From Octopus bimaculoides (Eukaryota), in the NCBI RefSeq assembly GCF_001194135.2, contig NC_068995.1, positions 33,500,170 through 33,564,169 of the forward strand: DNA of 64,000 nucleotides. Direction: 5' to 3'. A program made the translations under genes and the position numbers. Shown here piece by piece: positions 24,647 through 37,851 of this stretch; the stretch's first letter is position 1; every line of letters begins with the position of its first letter. The notes beneath the pieces were generated by a model, which worked only from the letters and a program-made list of their open reading frames with translations, had not been told where the DNA came from and ran no database searches.

Positions 24647-24688
24647 TTCACCTAGTCGTGTAGGTGAAAAACCTACACGACTAGGTGA
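24647..24688. repeat. Perfect 19-bp inverted repeat with 4-nt loop
   Basis: ttcacctagtcgtgtaggt-GAAA-acctacacgactaggtgaa, directly abutting the N-gap that ends at 24646. Confidence 0.9.
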
Positions 24689-24859
24689 AAAGCGCTTCAT
24701 TTAATATGTGACATTAATAAAAATCTGTAAATGTACAAACATCCAGGTTTCTGAGTACCTTAATTAAAATTTTTTTCTATATAATTTCTGTACATCACCT
24801 CCAAACCTTCAAATATATATATATATATATATGAAGATTTTATACCTATGTGTCGGTGG

Positions 24860-25130
24860 TGTGTAAAAAGCACCACCTGAACATGGTTGATGCCAGCCCG
24901 CGTACTTCCTCCTGTGCCAGTAGCACATAAAAAGCACCATCCGAATGTGGTCAGTGGCATGTAAAAAGCATCCACTACACTCTGAGTGGTTGGTGTTAGG
25001 AAGAGCATCCAGTTGTAGAAACCTTGCCAGATCACATTGGAGCCTGGCGCAGCCTACTGGCTTGCTAGTCCCCAGTCAAACCATCCAGTCCATACCAGCA
25101 TGGAGAAAAGAACATTAAATGATGATGATG
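24860..25130 (+). mobile_element. SINE/RTE-type 3' end with (GAT)n tail
   Basis: Same gtggttggtgttaggaagagcatccag...cagcatgg...gatgatgat family. Confidence 0.75.
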
Positions 25131-25136
25131 TTACAT

Positions 25137-25220
<84 letters not shown>

Positions 25221-26720
25221 TTTCAGTATATACCAGTCAAGAAAAGGAAATATTTGAAATAGTTCAAGTGGTCTTCATTCTTGTCACTCCACTGAGCCTC
25301 CATTCTTGCCACTCCACTCTTTGTGTCACTGAGTGCATATCATATCATTTCCATGATTTAAAAAAAGACAAGTGTTTGGCAGGAATGGTGTCAGTTTTGC
25401 TGACCTAATGGTAGGGAATTTGTGAGGAAGTGAGAGTTTTAGTTGGAAGAGTATAGAATAGAACTGAGGTGTAATGTGAGAGTTGAAGTTAGTGAATCTA
25501 TATGTATATGGTGGGGTTTAGTGGCAATGGTGAGGGGAAGATAAGAACATAAGCAAATGTGCTGTGAGATGAGAATGAGTGATGCATTGTGGATGGGTGG
25601 GGTCAGTCGTAGTAGCAGTGGTTGCTTGTAGTGGTAGAAGTAGTTGGTGATTGTTACTGGTAATGTTGATGTTGTTTAGTACCAGATCAGTCTTGGCTGC
25701 AGTAGCTACTGACCACCCTATTAGATTTTTAGAAATGATGTATCAAAGATTATGTTATATAATGACTCCTTTATTTCTTTTAAGATGGGAAAGTATGATT
25801 TGAGAAGGACTTGGCTCTTATTTCTAGCAAGGTGAATGACCATGTAGAATTCATATCAATGATCATTATCATCACCAAGAAATTAATATTCTTCCTTCCT
25901 CTGCTCATATGTGAGGTGGGTTAGGGTCTATTGCCATCTTGCATGTAAAGCCATCCTAACTGAGCTCTGATCCCACTGTTTCTTCTCAAGCTTTCCTTTA
26001 CCACAGCTACCCTCTATTGTCACTTCATCATCCAGTACTCAACAGCAGCTTGTGGCTTGTACTTTGGGATTTAGCTCGGTCTGAAAACAGCAAAATTGAC
26101 TGTTTGCTACACATAACAAAATAATCTTTACATAAATATTTTTAAAATTACCAAAAGATAAAAAGAGTTTCCTTTCCAAAAATCTGGACATCCCCCCCCC
26201 CAGCAACTGCTATACCATGGTCACTATTAATTTGTGTAATTTGAAGAGGATTATCATCTCAGCTTCAGAGATATGATGTCACAAATATGACTAATTGTTC
26301 ATTTAGGCCTAAGCAAGATTTCAACCTATTTGCTAACCAATCAAATTGTCATATTTATCCAAATTTCACAAATGAAGTATCAAAATTTTTTTTTGGGATG
26401 CTCTCCAAGAAAAAGTGCAATAGAAATTTCATTTAAATATTTTCAAAAATTCAAAGTGATATCTAATATAATATTTATAATGTCTATACAGTTATAGTAT
26501 GATATATAGTTGTTAGTGTGGTAGCAGAGAGTGTAATAGTAGATACTATTGGTCGAGGAAGTATAGAAGAGACTGAGAAAAGGGAAGGGGATTAATAATG
26601 TGGGTTGCATGAAGTGTGTCCCAGTTTATCCTACATTATAAGTTTGAGTATGGGCAGAAGGTATAAGGAAATGGAACCTGAAAGAGATAAATAGGTTGGG
26701 GAGTCATTGATGGAAAGAGA

Positions 26721-27813
26721 GGATCCTTTTGGTTTGACGGGCAACATTTTTCATTAATGTTTTATGTAGTGTTTTTGGTACCGAAACACTTTCAAACTTC
26801 GCATATTTGTATATTTTGTGTTATAGAACAGATAAAAATTTTTGTATTCGAAGTTATTTCATGTAAAAAATTGTTGTATTTCGGTAATTTCAACCAATCA
26901 CTGACGTCTATTGAGGTGAAAACAATTAATGCCGTAACGGTGTCATGGGATCTTTTCCCTTGAATAAAATTAGTCCCATTGTTTGTCAACAACTACCTGT
27001 GTTACTCTTATTTATGACATCGTTCGTGCGTTTGTACTGGTTTTAGCTTTAGGGTTTTAGGGTTAGGGTTTGGATTTTANNNNNNNNNNNNNNNNNNNNN
27101 NNNNNNNNNNNNNNNNNNNNNNNNNNNNNNNNNNNNNNNNNNNNNNNNNNNNNNNNNNNNNNNNNNNNNNNNNNNNNNNNNNNNNNNNNNNNNNNNNNNN
27201 NNNNNNNNNNNNNNNNNNNNNNNNNNNNNNNNNNNNNNNNNNNNNNNNNNNNNNNNNNNNNNNNNNNNNNNNNNNNNNNNNNNNNNNNNNNNNNNNNNNN
27301 NNNNNNNNNNNNNNNNNNNNNNNNNNNNNNNNNNNNNNNNNNNNNNNNNNNNNNNNNNNNNNNNNNNNNNNNNNNNNNNNNNNNNNNNNNNNNNNNNNNN
27401 NNNNNNNNNNNNNNNNNNNNNNNNNNNATAGCCAGAACCCTAACCCTAACCCTAACCCCAACCCTAACCCTAAAACCCTAACCCTAACTCTAAAACCCGA
27501 ACCCTAACCCTAGAAACCCTAAACCCTTACTAGGGAATAATGATATAATTAAACAGGGAATAACACTCTTGACACCGGTAAAAATTATTGTTTATAAAAA
27601 GAGCAGTAACTGTATTCAGCTGAATAGACGTCAGTGATTGGTTGAAATTACAGAAATATGACAACTTTAACATGAAATAACTTGCGATGTACAATTTTTT
27701 GTTAAGAAGGTTAAGAGAAGAAGTTGTTTTATATGACACATTCTACCAGTGTCCCAAATTTGAAAGTGTTTCGTTAAGAAAACAAGTGTTGCCTGTCAAA
27801 ACCAAAAAGATCC
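26721..27813. mobile_element. Non-autonomous foldback DNA transposon, copy 2, with inverted telomere-type repeats
   Basis: Ends ggatccttttggtttgacgggcaaca / tgttgcctgtcaaaaccaaaaagatcc. TSD gaaagaga at 26713-26720 and 27814-27821. ttaggg units at ~27048-27069, a central N-gap, then ccctaa units at ~27437-27525. Confidence 0.92.
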
Positions 27814-29229
27814 GAAAGAGAGACGTTGGGGTCAGTTAGAGATGGAGAGGTAAGAGGGTTTTTAAGATAGTGAAGGAGTTGTGAAAGAGAAAACATGGTA
27901 GAAGGTTTGGGAGTAATAGATGAATGCAAGAAGAGCATTGAGGCGCAGAGGTTAAAGGGTACCATGGAGGTAGAAGAAAAAAGCTATGTGTGAATGTAGA
28001 GAAAGCATTGTGTGTGTGGGAGGTGGGCAGAAACATGGGTGAATGCAGTGAGACAGGAGAAGGAGGAGGAGACTGTAGAGGTGGTGGGGGAGCAGAAGTC
28101 ACGTTGTTTCTAGAGGTGATGTGTTGGGTCTAGGTTGGATATCAGAGAAGAGGAAGGAAAAGCTGTCTGATGAGTGTTTTATTTCTTGGCATTTAGAGAA
28201 CTGTACAGGGTGTCAGAGCACCATGAAATCTTTATGATAATCTCCTGCTAGAGAACCCTTGTCCAAATGTTTGCAACAGAGTGAAATTTGCTAAAGGTTC
28301 CCATGTGTTAGAAGATTGTTTTAAATTAGGAGGCATGACATGTCTTCTCCCCTACCCACAAGTGTTTACTAGATAAGATATTTTACATTCATCATTATTG
28401 TCACAGTTTTTCTGAATAATAAATTCATATTATATAATTATTTCTGCTCTATAAAACACAGCTGTAAAAGCTCAGGTGTGTGTAAGTAAATTGCAAATTT
28501 GTTAAAGCTTGTTTTTTTGTTTTTTATTATATATATATATCTTGTTAATGGAATGAAGTGTGAAGTTTTCTGTTTTCATTAAGACTGATCTAAATTTGAA
28601 CAATACTTCAAATATGATATCTAATTCTCTACTGTATAGGTTTTATTAATACCTCCTAACACAAATAAAAGCAGTATTAATGATCACAGTAAGTGCAAAT
28701 TGGTGCTGCTGTTTGAGGAACAGTAGCATTAGTAATATTTATGATTTTAACACAGGCATAAAAGCTTTATATTTTGTTGGGGTGAAATATAGTCAACTAT
28801 TGAATAATTACTTATTTCATTAAAGCTAAAAGATGAAACACCAAGTTGACCTCAACTGATAGTTTGATGCTCTACTGATTCCAACAACCCCCGCCTTTTT
28901 ATAATTGTTTTGCCTATTCCTTCTTTTAATTTATCATCTTTATTTTTACCTTCATCCTTTTTTGTTTACATGGGTTGGATGCATCTTGTTTGACATTGTC
29001 TCATCACTTATTGCAATCCTTTGTACAGTTCAACCTCCTCTTCTGCATGATCTTTCCATTTAGATTATTCAGTACTGCTTTACTCGATTATCATTATCCT
29101 TATGCATCACGTATCTACACCAGTCAGTCTTCTCTGTTGTACACTAAATATCTGATTCTTCTTATACTCAGTGCTTTCTTCAGCTTACTTACGCTGCTCC
29201 ATTATTTATGCACACTAATATTAGTTCCA

Positions 29230-29430
29230 AATTTAGGCACAAGGCCAGTAATATTGGAGGAGGAGGGAAGTCAATAACATCAACCCCAGTTCTCAACTGG
29301 TACTTATTTTATTGAGGCCAAAAGGATGAAAGGTAAAGTTGGCCTTGGCAGCATTTGAACTCAAAATGTAGGGACAGACGAAATGCCACTGAGCATTTTG
29401 CCCAGACTGCTAATGATAATGCCAGCTCAC
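29230..29430 (-). mobile_element. tRNA-derived SINE family B (related copies ~48280-48480 -, ~50308-50420 +, ~55195-55370 -)
   Basis: Shared ggcacaaggccag...aactggtact...gaaaggcaaagt...gaactca...aaatgccactaagcatttt...gccagctcaccacct blocks. Confidence 0.8.
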
Positions 29431-29955
29431 CACCTTTATGTACACTTATATCAAACATCCAGCAGAGCATATTTGTTTCATTTCTTTCCTGTGTCTGTAT
29501 TTAGTGCTCATGTTTCATTATTATACAATATTGTACTTTGTGCACAAGCATCATGCAATTTTTCCTTTAGTCAGAGAGAGAACCAATCCCCCCTATTGCC
29601 AACTGACTAAATAACTTCCTAAACTTCCTTCACTTTGTTCTCACTCTGGTTACAGTATTTTTGAAATACTTGTCTCCACTGCTAATTAGTTCATCTTGAT
29701 AATGAAAGATATCAACTATTTCTTGCTAGATTTCCATGCATTTGCATATTGGTGCTTCTTTTACTATCTACTCTTGTATGCCTACTTCATACAAAGTCCT
29801 TTACATTTGTCACCTTACCTGTGACCTTACTGAACCTCTTGTTTACATTTGGTATGCAATACAGAGTTGCTATCTACTCCCTTTCAGCATATTGACCATG
29901 ACCACTCAATGGCAGTACAGTTTTATCTTCTTTCTTGTCTTTACTAGGTTCACTT

Positions 29956-30336
29956 TAACTCTTTAGCACTCAGATTACTCTGTCAAATGTAATGCTTGTT
30001 CATTCACATTTATCATCATCATCATCACCATCATCATTTAATGTCTGCTCTCCATGCAGTTTGATATGAAGCTGGCTAGCAGGGAGCTGTCTAGACTCCA
30101 TCTGTCTGTTGTGGCATGGTTTCTATGGCTGGATGCTCTTTCTAATGCCAACCACTTAACATTGTTTTGAATTATTTATGCATCATCTCATAACTTTGAG
30201 ATTTTGATAATGTAATTGTTTATTTTTAGAATGACATTGTAGGATAGGTGTGAGAAGCCAAATCTGACTGGTTTGAATATAAAACAGGTAGAATTTTTAG
30301 GCCAGATATTGCTGGTTCAAATGTTAAAAAGTTAAA
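29956..30336. mobile_element. piggyBac-type MITE interrupted by a (CAT)n-tailed SINE fragment (~30013-30150)
   Basis: The body matches 53012-53226. Degenerate ends ttaactctttag / aaaagttaa. Confidence 0.75.
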
Positions 30337-31611
30337 GCCTGTTGATCCTAGTCTTTGCTCTCACATTTGGAATTACTTCTAGTTCTTTCATAAATTCAGT
30401 TTTGATAACTGGATCATCTTGGATCATCTGCATACAGTAGCACCTGTAGACAGCTTGTCTTAAACTCCTGTTACGGCCTGAAAAAAAACTATAATAAACA
30501 GGAAGAGTCTTAGAACAGAATCCTAACAGACACTTATTTGTATGCTTAATTTCTTACTTAATTAGTTGCTAACTGGCTTGCATAGCTGTCATATGCCATT
30601 CATTTACTCTGAGTTTTTTAGGCATTAGAATGTGATACTGTGTGAATGGCTTTGTTTTAGTCATGGTTGCTAGGTATAGTGACTTACTCTTAGCTAAGAA
30701 CTTTTCACTTAGGAAAGGGTATTGGTGGTACCCTGTCCATGCACAGGCCCAACTATATCTTATCTAAGCTTACTCTTTTCTTAATTAGCTGTACTGTAAC
30801 TCTGTAACTTTCATAACCTTGTGGACCAGTTTCATGCCATTTTCTTTCTTCTTTACATATCGTCTTTACATATGTAGAATTTGATGATGATATCACTATG
30901 CCAGTCATTGGGTGTAACCCCTCCCTGTATTACCTGGTAGACTATGCACATGATTAACACGCCCTGTTTTACTGGATATTTTCTACATTTCAACAACTAT
31001 CCCTGATAGTCCAGCAGCTTTCCTTGCCTTCATCATGTGTTCAACCATATAGATGTCAACTTCAGTACAGGTATCTCTCTATTGAATCTACTTAGGGTAA
31101 GTTCTCTCTCTCACCCATGTATTTTCTTTCAAGCATCATCATCATCATCATCGTTTAACTTCCGCTTTCCATGCTAGCATGGGTTGGACGATTTGTCTGA
31201 GGACTGGTGAAACCGGATGGCAACACCAGGCTCCAATCTAATTTGGCAGAGTTTCTACAGCTGGATGCCCTTCCTGTCATAATATTTCCATACCACTTTC
31301 TTTTCAGCATCAGTGTTACCTAGTGTACTGGCATGTCTTGATTTGTACTGACTCACTGCTTTGCAATCCAAAATTTCTCATTCTTTTGATCCTCTCATTG
31401 CAGAGCATTGGCAAACTTCATATCTTTTTGCTAAATATGTATGATAACTACCTTCTACATATCTGATAATGTTCTTTAACTCCCACTTGCTTCCAGTCTT
31501 TCCATGCCTGTCTTGTAGGCTTTATACTTCTGCTTTTTGTATTCCACCTCCATGTTACCTTAAGTTAGCATTGCAAATAGGTTATTTGTACTTAAAACTC
31601 TATGAGCATTG

Positions 31612-31860
31612 ATCCATGAATGGTTTGATGAGAATTAGACTGTCTCTTTTATTTATTAGAAATTCATTTTATAGTGAGAAAGCTTAAATGGTTTAAAGGG
31701 ATGAAAAGACCCTATTGAGCTTTATGTTATGTAAATTTATTATTATTTAATTTGTTTTTTAAATCATTATATTTATTGTTGAGATTATTTAAAATTAACT
31801 TTGGTTTGGATGATCAAGGAATAAGAATATAGGATTAGTTTAACTTCCTTAAAATATAAG
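31612..31860 (+). pseudogene. NUMT: mitochondrial 16S rRNA (rrnL) fragment
   Basis: Contains atgaatggtttgatga, actgtctct, atagtgagaaagctt, gggatgaaaagaccctattgagcttt and ttggtttggatgatcaaggaataa...taacttcctt. These are the conserved blocks of molluscan mt 16S, in order and with the AT-rich spacers. Confidence 0.88.
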
Positions 31861-32713
31861 TTTTATAGTTTTCATACCATATTCATTCCTTTAATGTTAT
31901 CCAGTATATCTATTAAAGTTACAAGCTATAATAAGGTTCCTTTCATTCATTATTGAGGTCGGCAAGGAGGCCTCATAGAAAGTCCTTCTGCTGATCTATT
32001 TTAATCCTGTTTGCGGCACATATGTGGAAATAACTGTTGTTGTCATGTTACTCATAACTCATCTAACCTTATATATTCCGCCATACACTCTCACTGTCTC
32101 ATTTGTCTTTCCACCCATTGCATTGGTGCTGTTATTCAATGACAAGAATTTACCTTTGTGTTCCCTACCCATAAGGAATCTGGCTGAGCCGCCTCTCTCT
32201 CCATCTTACCTTTTGTAAACAGCACACATCTTCTCAATCTGTTCCATCATTCTTACCACTTTTCCAAACCTGACTTTATGCTGAAGCTTAAATTAGGAAG
32301 GGTTGTGTTATCTGCATAACAGGTTCCAAATTGTGAACTAAAATGAAAGATTTGAAAGGCAAACCATTGTATAGTTCTCTCTCTCTCTGTCTCTTTCACA
32401 CACACACACACACACACACACCTTTCATTTTCTCTCTCTCTCTCTCTCATACATACACACACACACACTCTCTCTCTCTCTCTCTCTCACACATACACAC
32501 ACACAATTCTCCCTTCCTCTCCTATATACATACAATCACAAATGCCTACCTGTTAGGTATGGCAAAAATACAATGGGACCTGGCAATATATAAAAGAATG
32601 ACCACTAATAATGGTGGCATGACATATTTTAATTATCAATTAGAAAGATTTACCAATCAACTAATACTTTTGGACTATTAACTTATTTAGTCTCCATTTG
32701 CTACCTTATGCTC

Positions 32714-33954
32714 TGAAGGTTGGCTGAAATGTTCATAGGCTGACCAAGATACTCTCATGGAATGTGACCAAATGAGATTTATTTTTCAACATAGTCTCCA
32801 TCAGTGTTGCTGTGCTTGGATTCCATTGGTGAAGAAGCTTTTATTCTGTTGGTCATATTAACAGCAGATATAATGTCATCATCACTGCAACACTGGTTCT
32901 CAGCCACATTTTTATCATGTTAGGGAACAAATGATAGGTAGATGGGGCCAAATCAGGAGAATAGGGTGAGTGATCAGCCAGTTCAAAGCCATAGTCACAT
33001 ACAACAGCCATTGAAATGAAGGACCTGTGTGCTGGAGCATGGCCCTGATGAAACAAGACCCCTTTCATCAGTTTTCCTAGGTGTTTGGATTTGATAGCCT
33101 TTCATAACTGCTTCAGTGAGTTGGCATAGTATTCTCCATTGATGGTGTGACTCTTTTGAACATAGTCAATAAGCACATTGCCTTTTGCATCCAAAAAAAC
33201 TGAGGTCATCACCTTCCTTACAGATAGCCTTCTTTGGAGCAGGTGAAGAGGGGTGTTTCCACTGCATGGATTGTCTCTTTGTCTGTGGCTCAAAGTGATG
33301 AAGCCAACACTCATCCTGGGTTAGGAAACTTTCAAAGAAATAAGCTGGATCTGCCTCAAACAATGTTAGATATTCCTGTAATATGATCAGCCTGGTGCAC
33401 TTTTGATCAGGTGTCAGAAGCCATGACATTCACCAAGCAGAAACTTCCATCATGACAAGTTCATTGTGTAGAATATATGGGATATGCTAATAACATTGAC
33501 TATTTGATTTATAGTCAATTGCCTGTCATCCATCAGAATGTGGTGAACCTGATCAATGTTTTCCTCAGTGGTGCCAGTTGCAGGACATCGACACATTGGG
33601 TCGTTTTTAACATTTTCCCTTCCCCTCCTAAATTCAGCTTCCCACTTTTGCACTGTTGATAAAACTGGAATGTCATCCTCTGATTTAGCAACAATTGTCA
33701 GCATGAATATCTTTGGGGGCTAAACACTTTTTCTGCAGGTACTTGAAAATACCATGATACCAGATTTTGTCCATTTTCAAGAGAAGTCACTTCTAGTTAC
33801 TTTTGAGGTTTTCCTTGAATAGTCAGATGCCAGTTTACCTAGAAAGAAACAATACAGTTATTAATAAGAAGAGTTGAAATTCATGCATGCAAGATTTCAT
33901 AGCTCTAGCATCACTCTTTCATAGTTAGCCTATGAACTTTTTAGCTCACCCTCA
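32714..33954 (-). mobile_element. Near full-length decayed mariner (DD34D-type)
   Basis: TIRs gaaggttggctgaaatgttcataggct / agcctatgaactttttagctcaccctc. Fragments: QKWEAEFRRGRE.VKNDP..R.P.T, FLTQDECWLHHFEPQTKRQSMQWKHPSSPAPKKA, VLFHQGHAPAH...HSPYSPDLAP. Confidence 0.9.
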
Positions 33955-35009
33955 TAGGTACATGTGCTTTGATTGGGAATGAATTCTTAGTTTTCATTTG
34001 TGAAGGTTTCAGCACCAGATGCTAGCAGTAGGATGGTTCTGGCTGTTGAACATTGTAGATGATTGATAGAAAGTCCATGGCACATCGGATGATAGAAATT
34101 TTATTGAAAGTTTGGTGGTTTGAGAAATAGTTACTATTCCAAGAAGTGTTGACTGTTTTAACAGTGGATGATAATAAGGGAATGAATTGGGACAGTATGT
34201 GATGATGGCAGCTGTGTCTTTATGATTTATTTGTCGTAAGATTTTACTAAAGAGGGAGGTTGTTGAATGCAAAAGTTAGAAGTCAGGCTCTTTGAGGCAG
34301 AGGGGCTCATCTAGTAATAAAGGATGCTACTTTAGTATGCAGTCTACTGCAGTATTCATAGTCTATGCTGTGAAATGATCTGATCTAAGTTGGGTTAGAC
34401 TGCATGCTCAAGTGTAAATGGCCAGGTAGATCACATACTAAAATAACATCTGATACAGTCAAGATTAAGCCTTTCTAGAATATTTGAAGGTGTGTACACA
34501 AATTTCAGAACTGTAGACTGATGCAAATAAGACATAATTTAAATTTGTTGGAGTTACTTCACAAGAATGTTTTTATTCACTGTTGAATGCAATTTGTTTT
34601 AGGCAGATGTAATAAAGTTGTAATCTTTCTAGTTAAACTTTGTTTTGTCAAAATGTCTAGTCTTTATTGTGAAGAGAAATTTGGACATTTTCTCTACATT
34701 TCTTCAAATTCTGCGATGCTTCTTTGCTTATGATAATTCTGTATATTAAACACGTCTTTATGTAGGTATCACTATAGAGCACCATACAATGGAGACAAGC
34801 ACAGTTTGAACATGAAGAAACATTTTTTGCTTTATCACTTTCATGTCAAAATAAAATTTTTTCCATGGAGAATTATGTCATTTGAAAGCTTTGGATGTGA
34901 ACTTTCTTCTCATATAGTATCATAATGTTGTTTATTCCCTCTCCCTTGGCAAATATATATAACTTTTTCCAGTGAAATTATTCACTGATATCGAAAAGGT
35001 GAAAACAAG

Positions 35010-35068
<59 letters not shown>

Positions 35069-35830
35069 TATATATACATATATATATNNNNNNNNNNNNN
35101 NNNNNNNNNNNNNNNNNNNNNNNNNNNNNNNNNNNNNNNNNNNNNNNNNNNNNNNNNNNNNNNNNNNNNNNNNNNNNNNNNNNNNNNNNNNNNNNNNNNN
35201 NNNNNNNNNNNNNNNNNNNNNNNNNNNNNNNNNNNNNNNNNNNNNNNNNNNNNNNNNNNNNNNNNNNNNNNNNNNNNNNNNNNNNNNNNNNNNNNNNNNN
35301 NNNNNNNNNNNNNNNNNNNNNNNNNNNNNNNNNNNNNNNNNNNNNNNNNNNNNNNNNNNNNNNNNNNNNNNNNNNNNNNNNNNNNNNNNNNNNNNNNNNN
35401 NNNNNNNNNNNNNNNNNNNNNNNNNNNNNNNNNNNNNNNNNNNNNNNNNNNNNNNNNNNNNNNNNNNNNNNNNNNNNNNNNNNNNNNNNNNNNNNNNNNN
35501 NNNNNNNNNNNNNNNNNNNNNNNNNNNNNNNNNNNNNNNNNNNNNNNNNNNNNNNNNNNNNNNNNNNNNNNNNNNNNNNNNNNNNNNNNNNNNNNNNNNN
35601 NNNNNNNNNNNNNNNNNNNNNNNNNNNNNNNNNNNNNNNNNNNNNNNNNNNNNNNNNNNNNNNNNNNNNNNNNNNNNNNNNNNNNNNNNNNNNNNNNNNN
35701 NNNNNNNNNNNNNNNNNNNNNNNNNNNNNNNNNNNNNNNNNNNNNNNNNNNNNNNNNNNNNNNNNNNNNNNNNNNNNNNNNNNNNNNNNNNNNNNNNNNN
35801 NNNNNNNNNNNNNNNNNNNNNNNNNNNNTG

Positions 35831-35875
<45 letters not shown>

Positions 35876-35949
35876 TACATGTGTGTATATATATCTATAT
35901 ATGCGTATGTATATGTATATATATGTATGTATATATGCATATGTATATA

Positions 35950-35984
<35 letters not shown>

Positions 35985-36084
35985 GTTTGTGTGTATATGT
36001 ATATATGTGTATATATTTATATGTATATATGTGTGTATAAGTGTATATGTATATATATACATGCATATATATGTGCATATATGC

Positions 36085-36132
<48 letters not shown>

Positions 36133-36145
36133 GTATGTGTGTGTG

Positions 36146-36186
<41 letters not shown>

Positions 36187-36194
36187 GTATGTAT

Positions 36195-37705
36195 ATTTGG
36201 AGAGAAGATTTTTTCTCAAAGAGTTAAGATTGAGAAAAAACCTTATTAGAAAATTGAAAGACACTAACCTTTGGGAAGAAATTTCACAAAATGTGTGTGG
36301 GCTTTGTTCTTATAGATGTGCAAGAGCTTACCGTTTTTAATGTTTTCAAGCACGTGTTACTATATATAGTGGAAGTTGTTTTCAGTACAATTGTTGTTGA
36401 CTATTTCCGGATTAGTTTCGAACTCAGAAATATTATGAAATATTCATCTTTTTAAAGATGACTGCTTTATATTCTGGAACAGAAGTAAGGAAGACCTTAA
36501 AACATTTTTTGAAACAATAAACAGCTTCCATGGATCAATCCAATTCACCGTGGAAATGAAAGAAAGGGAACTCCCTTTCCTAGACATCTTAATAATTAAA
36601 GAGAATGAGATTATAACAACTCACTCCTATTACAAAAACACGGACACACACCAATATTTAGACTTTAGTTCTTGCCATCCTTCCCATACAAAAAGGGACA
36701 TACCTTTTAATATGGCAAGACAAATATGTATAGTAGTTTCGGAGACAAATAGAAGAGAAAGACGATTTACAGAATTTAACTTGTTCCTTAAAAAACAAAA
36801 ATACCCCACCAAACTAATAGACAAGTGGTAACTGAAGCTAAAAATATCCCAATCTCTAAACTAAGAAGAAAAAACACTCACACTGAGGATAAACGAAAAA
36901 TGAACATAAAAATATCCCATTTGTTATCACTCACAATCCCAAGATCCACAATATTCTACAAACAGCCAAATGCCTTCTGCCAATTCTACACAAGTTCCCA
37001 TGTCTCTGACAAATAATCAACAGCCGAAGGCAACCACCAAATCTTAAGAAACTTCTAACCAAAGCAAGATTTGCATCAGAGGAAGAAATGATGCTAGTTA
37101 CCAAATGTGGAGACCTCCAATGTGAGACATGTGATTTAGTAGAACAGAGACCAGCCAAAAAATTCAAGAATGGAAAAGAATTAAAGGTGAATGCAAATAT
37201 GAACTGCAAAAGCAAAAACCTGATATATTGTATCACATGCCCACGAAGCAACGAACATCATACTGGGGAAACAAAAACGAAACTAGCCAACCATATATAT
37301 GTGCACAGACATCAAATAAAACATCCCACACTTAGATGTATACCATGTAGCGATCATTTGGACACCTGTGCACAAGGAAAGTTTACAATTTTCACTCTTC
37401 GTAAAATAAATGAAGAGAGCAACCTTCTCCAGAAGGCAAAAGAAGAATATTTCATAAGATATCTTAGTCTGAAACTAAAATGGAAATAGTCAACAACAAT
37501 TGTACTGAAAACAATTTCCACTATATATAGTAACATGTGCTTGAAAACGGAAAGAACGGTAAGTGCTTGCACATCTATAAGAACAAAGCCCACACACATT
37601 TTGTGAAATCTCTTCCCAAAGGTTTGTGTTTTTTGACTTTCTAAAAAGGTTCTTTTCTCAATCTTAACTCTTTAACTCTTTGAGAAAAAAATCTTCTCTC
37701 CAAAT
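36195..37705 (+). mobile_element. Penelope-like retroelement (PLE), 5'-truncated, with inverted terminal repeat
   Basis: RT core end DDCFIFW...FHGSIQFTVEMKERELPFLDILI...YYKNTDTHQYLDFSSCHPSHTKRDIP. GIY-YIG endonuclease NLIYCITC...HTGETK with Cys/His ligands. Inverted arms at 36195-36448 and 37442-37705. Confidence 0.92.
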
Positions 37706-37851
37706 ATTATAACTGTATCAAGGAATTTCCAAAACACTCTAAATATATATATGTATATATGTATATATATATGTGTATATATGTATATATATATGTGTAT
37801 ATATGTATATAAATATGTATATATGGATATAAATATGTATATATATTGTCA

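Noticed and set aside
27040-27530. Ancient telomere-telomere chromosome fusion site
   Set aside because: The inverted telomeric tracts lie inside TIRs with an 8-bp TSD and recur in a second copy, so transposition explains them.
31612-31860. Functional rRNA gene
   Set aside because: Short, mitochondrial-type, mutated at conserved positions and embedded in nuclear intron DNA, so it is treated as a NUMT.
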